The translations under genes and the position numbers were made by a program. From the NCBI GenBank assembly GCA_910592345.1, contig CAJVPI010000123.1, forward strand, positions 1-51,315: a DNA stretch of 51,315 bases. The letters run 5' to 3'. The number at the start of each line of letters is the position of its first letter. Positions within the stretch are counted from its first letter, which is position 1. The notes under the pieces were generated by a model that worked only from the letters and a program-made list of their open reading frames with translations, was not told the DNA's origin and did no database searches. Source of the DNA: Paraglomus brasilianum (taxonomy: Eukaryota). Below, piece by piece: positions 42,001-51,315 of the stretch.

Positions 42001-42897
42001 TATTTAATATATGCGGATTATCCTTATGTAACTAATACAATCACAGTTAGATTGATAGTAATGAGTTTGTAAAAGTAGCTGATAGTAATTTACCTTGTCG
42101 TATAAATCGTCAGAATCAATTGAAGATTGACGTTGTAAAACGTTTTTCAAACGACGTTTGATGAAACCAGTATCAAATTCACTTGGCATCTCAAATGGAA
42201 TTAGTTCTACATCTTCCTTGGTAGGTAGACCATATAAGTAGGCACTTGCATTCTGCTTGTTGGTAGATGTACGCTTCCTAGTATCGGTGACAGGATTTTC
42301 AATACCTGGGAGTTCAACAAAATCAAATGGAACCCATTCCAAGTAAGCATCGTTTGCCGTCCGTGTTTGTGTTTGAGACTTTTTAATAAAATCGTCAAGC
42401 TTCTTATTATTGCTCGTCCATTCGTTCGCCAATTCTTTACAACCACAAATACACCATATTGGACTAGACCTGAGTGTTCCGCATTGGGAACAAAGTCCGT
42501 AACGAGCGTAAAAATGATAAAAGCGTCTGTCGACGACCAGGTAATAGTCATCAATGTTTCTGGTGAATCCTTTCAGAAAACCATTCCGAGCATACAGCCA
42601 TGTTGCATATCTTCTAAACTGATGAATGTCAAGGGTCTCTTTACGCTTATGTACTGGAAGTATGTGTTCGATTGCATATTTGCCTGTATTCGTTAATAAC
42701 ATTAACGCTATCTCATTTCCAGATCTTGTCGTAGCATAGTAAAATGTCGGTCCGCCAAAAGCTCGAACTTGCTTTATATTAATAAATTCTGAATAAGAAA
42801 ACGGCGGTATAAAACATTCAAGCAACGTAGAAATACTCTCAGTCAAAGACATGTTGTTATCGTTATTATCAGAGATCTGTAACTGTATTAAAGTCAT
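39077..42897 (-). CDS. ~1252 aa Sel1-like repeat protein (20 repeats) with N-terminal degenerate kinase-N-lobe/Cys-rich modules; exons 42897-42094 and 42031-39077
   Basis: 62 bp phase-0 intron (GTAAAT...CTAAC...TAG, 42093-42032) joins ORF 42004..42897 to ORF 39077..41878 through an open frame (LHKDNPHILNTNVWTTIGFTYHPQWKQYALI...); 36 aa repeats with consensus AQYNLGxCYxxGxGVEKDExKAVEWYQKAAEQG. Confidence 0.9.
39180..41400 (-). repeat. 108 bp coding tandem repeat array (Sel1 repeats)
   Basis: Recurrent units such as gctttttgataccattcaactgcc at ~108 bp spacing; 20 units counted from the translation. Confidence 0.95.
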
Positions 42898-44039
42898 GTC
42901 GATATTTGTACGACTTTAATGTAGGACATGATTGTGTACCATTTAACGCTTAATATTAAAACTTGACCTGGCAGACCACTTTTTGGTATAAAGTAAGAGA
43001 TTTAAATAACTTTATTAATTTTGTGGAGTAAGCGGTATATTCATATGTAAAAATATATTATATGGTATAAACACCACACCAATGATAGTATTCCAGTTGG
43101 AGGTGCTATCCCGCCTCCGTCTGTAGCAAATAACGGGGAGTATGCCAATATGTTACTTATGGACTTTTCTATCACTGTCGTTATTGTTAAAGTTTTAACA
43201 AGCTCAATATCCAATACTTATTACAGGGGAAAGCTATCTAACTTTCAAGCGGATCCTTTTAAACTAGGCTAAAGTCTATGAAGAAGCTTTGCCAAATCGT
43301 TAGCGGTCAAAAATTTACTGTGTTTATGGTTTGATACGTACTACGGATACACTGCAAGTTAAGACTATAATAAGCAAAAAATTTGTATTGTAATGCATGC
43401 ACAATTATTATTATGTGTTACATTTAATCAATCTATAATAAGCGCTAAAGACTTATACATAAGGGGGTGAAAATAAAAATATAAGAAGACCTTATCTCTA
43501 TATTACCTACAGTACGAGTGATGATGCACCACCAGGCTTGCTATCTTACAAATGAATACGAGTTATTGTTGTTGTTGTAACAAGCTCAATGTAAAGTAAC
43601 ACATTCGAATAATTCTCGACTGATTAGTCTTGATGGAACGGTAGGCCATAAATTTTATTAACTGTTAATATGTCATGCGGATACGCGCTAGATTACAAGT
43701 ATTTTAAACAAATTATATTACTTTCTAGTGCATCATATATTTCATTCGGAAACTATGAGATGCGGATTGAAAATGGCAAACGTGTGACCATTCAATTATA
43801 AAGTCACTAACTAGTGGAGCAAAATAGAGATTCTGTTGCTTCGGCAGTGCACGAAAAGGTAATGAGAATAATATTTTGTTTCGAGTAGCTATTTTACGAG
43901 GCGTTGTTATAAGAGAATATGTTGGATTCTGTATAATTATACGCATAAATTTTTTCGAAATAAACCATCTACTTCATTGCTAACTAATGAAATTAGTTAA
44001 GATGTCTTACGTTGTTGATGTCTTTCCTCTAGACGCAGA

Positions 44040-45170
44040 CTAAATGGATCTTCAATATTAATATGAATGACGATTCACGGCCAACGCATGTCGATACAAA
44101 TACTACTATGTCTTCTTCCTTATACGAATCCTCACACTACTATTGTTGACCTGCTTACCTGACATTGGTTTTTCTCGGAAGAATATCCTTTGCATTGTAC
44201 TGATGTTTACAATGATAAATTTAGCTTCACTGAGAAAGAAGCTGAATGTCTCATTAAACATCTGATGCATTGGCAGAAGTCAAAATGGTTATGTTACTGG
44301 AATTGAAGTTGCACTATATAACCCATGGTCAGTCCTATCATACTATAACTATAAGCAATTAGATATAGACTGGATTGACACAGGCAAACTGATATCATAT
44401 TCATGAAATCCAGGTAACAATCCTGGTAACATAATGAACAGAATGTAGCCCTTCAGAAACTGCTTTGGCAAGCAAGTCCTGAGTTCAAGAAAAATGTAGC
44501 CAAGATACTCCAGAAGATTGCAGCAGATATTGAGGTCCAATCTGATCTTTGTTATATGTCGGGTCGATACACGTGGAAGAGCGTGTGTGCAACGATCTTG
44601 AGATTTAGCATCTTCCGGTGAACTTTTCCCGATAGATAGACTTTCGAGGTCACAACTAGGAGTAGCTTAAGTTTTCAATCGTAAACGCGCTTATACCAAT
44701 TCTGATGCTTAAGTCCTGCAAATTCGATGGCAAGATCGAATTTGTTAACGGTGATCGAGAAGCGCTTTACACTTAATCAGCAATCGAATAAAAGAACTCA
44801 CCAGGTAAATAACAATATTTATAACACTTGTTTATAGAATATAAAGAACTATTCTAAAGGACAATAAATAGAACTTGCTAAAGATGATGTTTAGAGCGGA
44901 AAATTGCGACTGTTTATATCTTCTTCACCAAAACTGGCACTATATGGGTGCGATCTGCCGCGTAGTTAAACCGACATCATATTTTGATATATCTGTTCCA
45001 AATGCGGTCGAATCTGGTATTCCACAGTCTAAATTATTAATATCTGTTGATAGCGCACGAAATCCTGACTCAATAAACACAGCACCGATAATGCCTTCCT
45101 ATCGAGACAAAGCCACTGGGAGAATTATTGACAAATTGTCCACAGTTCCAAATACTATTTTAATAAAATT
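44040..45170 (+). pseudogene. Heavily degraded AAA-ATPase-like / PD-(D/E)XK nuclease family gene relic
   Basis: Ordered fragments in changing frames: an EYD(S)P-like stretch at ~44060, YNDKFSFTEKE, NGYVTGIEVALYNPWSVLSY...WIDTG, LCYMSG, FVNGDREAL, SYFDIS. The order matches the family motifs GFTEEE, WYNGY, YNPWS, YWxxTG, LSYFD. Confidence 0.5.
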
Positions 45171-46749
45171 ATAGACTTTTGTTTTATACTTCTTAACAAT
45201 ATAATTTCTCCTTTGTCAAAGATTACTTTATTGTTTATCTGTCACGCAAAAACATCGCTCTATCTGACATGCGAAAGTCATTTTTTAATTGCAGTAACGA
45301 TTGATCAGACTTTGTAGGCATGCTTGGGATGTTTTCCATTTGGAATTTGGCAAGCTGGATGTTAATTTTTATTGTGTAGTGTCCGTGACAGAGTCCTCTG
45401 GCCTCGGCATCCAAGCTCTTTGGCGAGAGTAAGATAGAAAGATAACAATTCCATTCCAAACACCGTTTAAGAAAATAGTACGTAATGTCAATGTCTCCGG
45501 ATCAAAAGCATATGCGTTCAATGAAAATCAATATACAGAAAAAAGAAGTCAGTTAAAATGCTAAAGGAAGAGGTAGCAAAAGAATGGGATCATTCTCTTC
45601 CGAGTTAGTGGCAAAGTTGAAAAAGTATAATGTCGCACTCGCAGATACTACAAAATGTATTAAATAGTTTAGTTTTTAATAAAAAAGTGTTTATATATTT
45701 ATTTAATCCCCGGCAAAAATAATGGCGGGCAGTATTTTTTTTAATATATCAATTTGTTCTTATTATTTTTGAATTTTTTTTATTTAACAAAGTTCAAGAC
45801 TATTATAAACTCAAGATGGAAGGTGGCTTCCTTTTAGATCTATATTGAGTAAGTTGTCAAGAAGCAAGTGTAAAGCTTTTTACATTAACAGATTAGACTA
45901 TATTTTTCGACTTGTAATCTTCTAAATTTTAATTAACAAGTCTAAAAACGCAAACATCTTATAGTAGATTTGAGACTGTTAAGTTTATAGTTATTAGAAT
46001 GCAAATATAAAGACAAGGGTATTTTAATTATGTCTGACATATCAAGTAAATAAGAAAAGTAATTATACATTTACATAGTACTATCATAACAGAACAGATA
46101 ACCGATTTTTGTATAATTACGGTCGGCAGAATACTTACGATTGTTACTATAACATAAACATGCATGCAACAAAATTGGCAGAATCTTGTAAGATATTAAG
46201 CTAACCAACATTACTGAATTTGCGAAAAAGGAATACTTACTAGAAATGTTGTAATGTACAGTACATATTTGGTAAAACAATGAATTTCCTTTCTAGAACA
46301 AGACAATGACATATCATGTGTCATCTCGATTATAACAAGAATTTCTTCCTCCCTCTCGTTACCTTTCTGAATTCATCAAACCGTCACACCTTATTACGTC
46401 TGTATTGATTAGATTGGGGCTCAAACGATAGCCAACAGTCAAGAATCGGAGGTGTTGCGTCGCTTGTATCGATTTTCGTCTCACCGACACTTGTTATGTG
46501 GTTCTCGTGAATTAGAGAAGCAATGGAACTCCTGGATGGTAGCATTATCGCGCAACAGTGCATGAGATATGGAGAAGCTGTTGGTAAGTCTTGCTTATGG
46601 TTAATTGGGTGTACTAACACTCAACGTGTTTTCATAATGCAGGGTCGGAGACAAAACACAGCTTATTAACAATGATACGTTATGTTGCGTAGTCGTAATA
46701 ACAATATAAAAATAGTTTAACGTCAAAAATTGGTCTTGGTAACTGCGCG

Positions 46750-48530
46750 CCAAAAGCCTGGTTAGAAAGAAGCATATAAGTATATTCGATATTACTTAGA
46801 GAAGAGCTTGAGGATCTTAAAGTTCTTGGTAACGCTGGATTCGGAATAGTTTATAAAGCGCGCGTCATAAAACCTTGGATATTACAGCCGCAATTAAATG
46901 TTTCGCCTAGAAAGAAGAGGATGAAGACTATTACAAAGAATTTGTTAAAGAGGTAAGTTGTAAGTCTGACTTTATGAACTGTCTTACATTACAAGTAACG
47001 TAAGCATACAAATCACTCTCCATGTACAACCCAGACGTGTATGCCTGAAGCTTAAAGTGGCATGCGGGTGGTATGCTCTCGTAGTCTCAATGCTAAGTTT
47101 TATTAACGACGGTCTAGCTTCAAACCCACTTGATTCTTAGGACTAGGCAAAGGTACAACTTGACCCCCCATAATGTTTTGGGTTCCTTGGCAGCCTCAAT
47201 CATGCAATATCTAATTCCATTTACAGATTCCGATGACCATTTCCTCATGATCTTTGAATACGCAAATGGAGGAACACTATGCGAAGAACATTACGATAGG
47301 ATAACATGTGCGGACAAACTGTCAGTGGATTGAAGTATTTACATGATCGAGACATCATTCACAAAGACGTGGTATGTATAACGATGTTGCAATTGAATAT
47401 ACTGCGCATTCTCACTTGTATAATGACCGCATAATCAAACAGTTAGTAATACTTACGAAACATGTCACCTTTATGCCTGTTTTCATAGCCCTCCAACAAC
47501 ATTCTGATTCATGATGGACTTGCAAAGATAACCGACTTTGGGTTGTCTGATATTTTTAGTTTGGGTGTAATACTCTGGGAGATTTCAAGTGGGAAAGTCC
47601 TTGCGACGGATTATTGACAACCGAGGAGATAATAATATACAGATTTAATGAATCTCGTGATTCTCCTGTACGGGGAACACCAGATGGCATTATCAATCCT
47701 TATTCAGACTGTTGGAGTACATCTCCCGACAAGCGACCTACCTGTAGAAGGGTCCATGAAGGATTAAAGCAGCTGCTTGCGCTAGATCCACCAATAGTTA
47801 ACGATGACCAACACTTATCGAGCGACCAAGTTACGATAGTCAGCAAACAACAACCAGACATGTTATATGACTCTGCCAAAGTGGAGACGACAAACCCACC
47901 CGCGGAACGAATTAAAATGTTGGACCATCGATTAATAGACGAGTTATTGCGGATATTTGAGAGTAGTCTCGAAAAAAGTACATTCGCTATTGTTCCGGCC
48001 AACAACATTAAAAAGTGGATCAAGCAAATGAATTATAAAGAGGAAGAAGCGTTCATGTGTTTGCTTCTAATCACAATTACAAGGACAGCTTTTTGTTAAT
48101 TGGACTATTTTACGCGCAAAGTATAGGGACAGATTGTGACTGGCTAGCGCATATAATCGGTTTCTGGAATCACTTAACAAGGGTAATCGCAAAGCCACAT
48201 ACTGGCTCGGGCTCTGTTACGAAAATGGATTTGGGGAAGTGGCTGCGAATTCAAGAACGGCATTAATGCATTACATCCAGGCGGCCAAGTCTGGCTATCC
48301 CGTAGCGCAATGCGAATCTACGAAGAGGGCATCGTGGTAGAAAAGGACATGGTGTCAGCAATCAAGTTTTTATGAAAAAGCAGCGGAGCGTAGCAATCTT
48401 GTAGCTCTATCGCAACTCGCAGCAATCTATGAAAATGGGATATACATCCGAACGAATCTTAAAAGCAATGTTACTATATAAACACATAATTCGCGATGAC
48501 CTCTTATTTCAGAACAAAAGCAAGAAGAGA
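46750..48530 (+). pseudogene. Tyrosine-kinase-like kinase + Sel1 repeat pseudogene
   Basis: GNAGFGIVYKA, AAIKCF then in-frame TAG (46908-46910), EFVKE, MIFEYANGGTL, GLKYLHDRDIIHKD, NNILIHDGLAKITDFGLS, DIFSLGVILWEISSGK, CWSTSPDKRPT, then frameshifted Sel1 repeats (WLGLCYENGFG, YIQAAKSGYPVAQ, YEKAAERSNLVALSQLAAIYENG). Confidence 0.85.
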
Positions 48531-49182
48531 AGTAGAACTGGAACAGTTTTACAAAAGAGCGGGCGTTTTTTCTTTTGCGGTGAAATTTTTATCAATTAAG
48601 AAACCGTTTCTTTGATTCCAAAGATTAACACCCTTCCCCCCACTTGTAAGGTATATAGTCTAGATTGCTTAATATCGATATCAAACTATTTATTATTGTG
48701 GTACAATGAACTATGGTGACGTGCTAGATATTAAAGAGATAAACCATCATTTTATATAAAGTGATCATGTTACTGGGCGATTGAACGGAAGCTGTAGCTT
48801 ACCTTTTATATAACCGTTCTCCGGAAATTTTATCGATCTAATTCTTCTCGACAGCTGGGAACTTGTCTACCGTATGACTAAACGAACGAATAGTTGGAAT
48901 TCGTGTGTGCAAGCAAATGGAATCGCCAATCTTGCTAGGTGATCAGAAGCCTATATACGCAGCCTATTACATAATTAGAGGATAACGATTGCAAATATGT
49001 TGCAGTTTATAGTATGACATGCATTTTTCACAGATATGCAAATAGACACCGAGCTTACATATTTCCAACTACATTTATTTCAAACTCAAACTTTTAACAA
49101 ATATGCCGGTATGTGGTTCTAGCGACGTATTCGTTCAAATACTCATTGATATTGGAATAATTCTAACCGAGCCATTATATAG

Positions 49183-49660
49183 CTACCGAATGACGACATC
49201 ATCATTTTGTCTCACATCTCGTTGTCTCACATTTCGGTCGTCGGGAATCAGATCTCCCGAAAGTCCCCAATTATTCTGCCCAGGGTCTCCTAACAGGACA
49301 TAACCTCTATCTTGATCGAATCCTGGGTAGTTTGTAAGACATTCCGTAAACATTCGGACAGTTTCCTGTTTTTCAGGCTTAATGAGGGAGTCCAAGTTGA
49401 TAGCGTTCACGTAAAGAACGAACGAGGGTCTGGCCGAATCGTCGTTGAACATCATGTGATCTGATTTGGTGCAGATGACCTGAACGCGAGATCTTTGTTG
49501 ACAAAACCGCCGTTTGCCAATGTCAGACAGTTCCGAGATAAGATCATCTGGAATCTATGAGTTTTTGATGCAGAAAAGATTAATAAAAGATTTGGTGTAT
49601 GTGTGTATCTTTATTTATCGCACTCACGTTGGCGGTGGTGATTAGCGTAATTGTGGCCAT
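49183..49660 (-). CDS. MIF / D-dopachrome tautomerase-like protein, 134 aa (exons 49660-49628, 49554-49183)
   Basis: Spliced protein MATITLITTAN|IPDDLISELSDIG...MMFNDDSARPSFVLYVNAI...GFDQDRGYVLLGDPGQNNWGLSG matches the MIF pattern (MPxxxxxTN...MxFGGxxxP...DRxYIxFxD...xGxxG); GTGAGT...TAG intron in phase 0. Confidence 0.78.
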
Positions 49661-51315
49661 GATTAAAGAGGTGAGGACTATTTCAACAAACCTCCCCGCT
49701 GTTATATATCTATTTCGAAAACATTATTAGCGTAAGGGATAAAGCGTCTCGTCGTGAAAAGGGATGAAATTGACGCCTTACGCAAACTTTGAAGTGAGCA
49801 GGTGTATTGTTGACAAGCTCCATTGCCAAAAACGCAATTTAAATTTAATTGTCAGATTGGATTAGACATATGAATTCGGTAATTGAAATACTGAAATACC
49901 AAATATCAGATAACCGATTTAGCAAATAACCTTACAACCGTAACAAAGACTTCCTTTATTTGTCAGTCTAACTAAACGAGGAAATCTCTGAATTAGACAT
50001 GCGTTGTCTTTTGGTGGCTATTATGCATACGCTTGCTTGCAATCAGTTAGTAAAGCACGTGACAAACTTCTGTTTGTTGTTCGTATATATGTAATATGTA
50101 AATTCAATAATAAAAGAAAAATCAATTAAATATATTGTAAGTTACTGTATATAGGAAATGCAAAGCCTTTTGTTCTGGTGAGCTGTGTTTTGCATAATAT
50201 GATGACTGGGTTTATTGGACTGCATATCAGTCGTTAAATATTACAAAACTTATAATATAGAACTTTATTGTCTAACTACGGTTACCCGCTAGGAATATTA
50301 CAAAACTTAAATGTAATACGGCAGCAGCTCTCGGTTTGAAGTACAAATTCTATATTTGGGACACAAAGATGTCACGTTTGATGGATGCCAATTGTTTACG
50401 TTCACATGGTGGCTTGGATGTGGCTGTGTTTCGGAATAATTCTTCATATGATCAGCAAATTAATCTTGCAATGGTCACAAATTAACATGGGTTCTTGTAT
50501 ATATAGATTATAATGCTAACAGTTCGTACTTAAATGGTTAATAGACACTACGAAACTTTATGAGTCATCACGATACGTCCATTCTGACAGATATTTTAAT
50601 CTATAGAACTGTTACTGTAACAAAACAGCCATACAAAGATTACAATATTGTTTAATGGACTGCACGTATATTTTCCATATAAACAGATAAGGGTAAAACC
50701 AACATCGATAAGAATACCCTGTGAACATTGGCAAAATTTGCTTTTAGACTAACTATAAACACCATCGATTAATCATCAATGTTGTAACTTTGTATATTAA
50801 TGTTGTATATATTAATATATAATTCGGTCACTGTATATACGTATGAATAGTAGTACCATGACTTGTTTAAATCCATCCAGTACTCCAATTTGCTTATTAT
50901 TATCTCACTCAATCAACAAATTTTCGATAAACGGCCATCATTGCTGTGAGTCATGTAATATAAAATGACTGTAATAATAACTTTGTTATTACTATCAAAT
51001 AATATACTAGTTATGCCACAAAATTTGGCAGTCCCGTGACTTTCGAATCGGTATGATAAAAATATAGGGTAGTTTAATGTGAGACAAAAACTCAATATAT
51101 CATATGACAAAGCGATTTGTTTATACTGAAAAAAGCTAAAACACTACCACTCTAGTACATGTTTAGTTTGTATATAATAAAACATTAACATACGGTCAGC
51201 ATAATATTAAGTAATTGACAAGTAAGTTGTCCTTGGAATTTACAGTAACGTGCAAAAGTATCCTACCGGTTGTATCATCTAAACGTACATAATAATAACT
51301 CCTTAAATTTTCCAG

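Noticed and set aside
44063..44095. MNDDSRPTHV similarity to the MIF-like segment FNDDSARPSF
   Set aside because: Too short, and the surrounding fragments fit the AAA-ATPase-like relic better.

Overview
AT-rich, intron-containing fungal genomic DNA. The gene content (Sel1-repeat and kinase-Sel1 genes, a MATA-type HMG-box gene, many Tc1/mariner relics) points to an arbuscular mycorrhizal fungus (Glomeromycotina); this assignment is an inference. Supportable genes: an SPX-EXS (SYG1/XPR1-type) phosphate exporter, a secreted S8 subtilisin, an FAD-linked aldonolactone oxidase, an HMG-box factor, an alpha/beta hydrolase, a 3-exon gene with a RAMA-like domain, a ~1252 aa Sel1-repeat protein with degenerate kinase-like N-terminal modules, and a MIF/tautomerase-fold gene. 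Relics include a kinase-Sel1 pseudogene, an AAA-ATPase-like/PD-(D/E)XK gene, a possible F-box/LRR gene, several Tc1/mariner elements and MITEs. The most striking signal is the single-exon array of 20 Sel1 repeats: its core units are near-identical, vary at a few fixed positions in mosaic combinations, and are almost free of CpG, with Gln(CAG)/Trp(TGG) toggles matching the two deamination products of CGG. This suggests a receptor diversified by recombination and methylation. Other oddities are a MIF lacking catalytic Pro1, a hydrolase with Gln at the catalytic His position, and a candidate modified-DNA reader. All calls were made by eye, without database searches.
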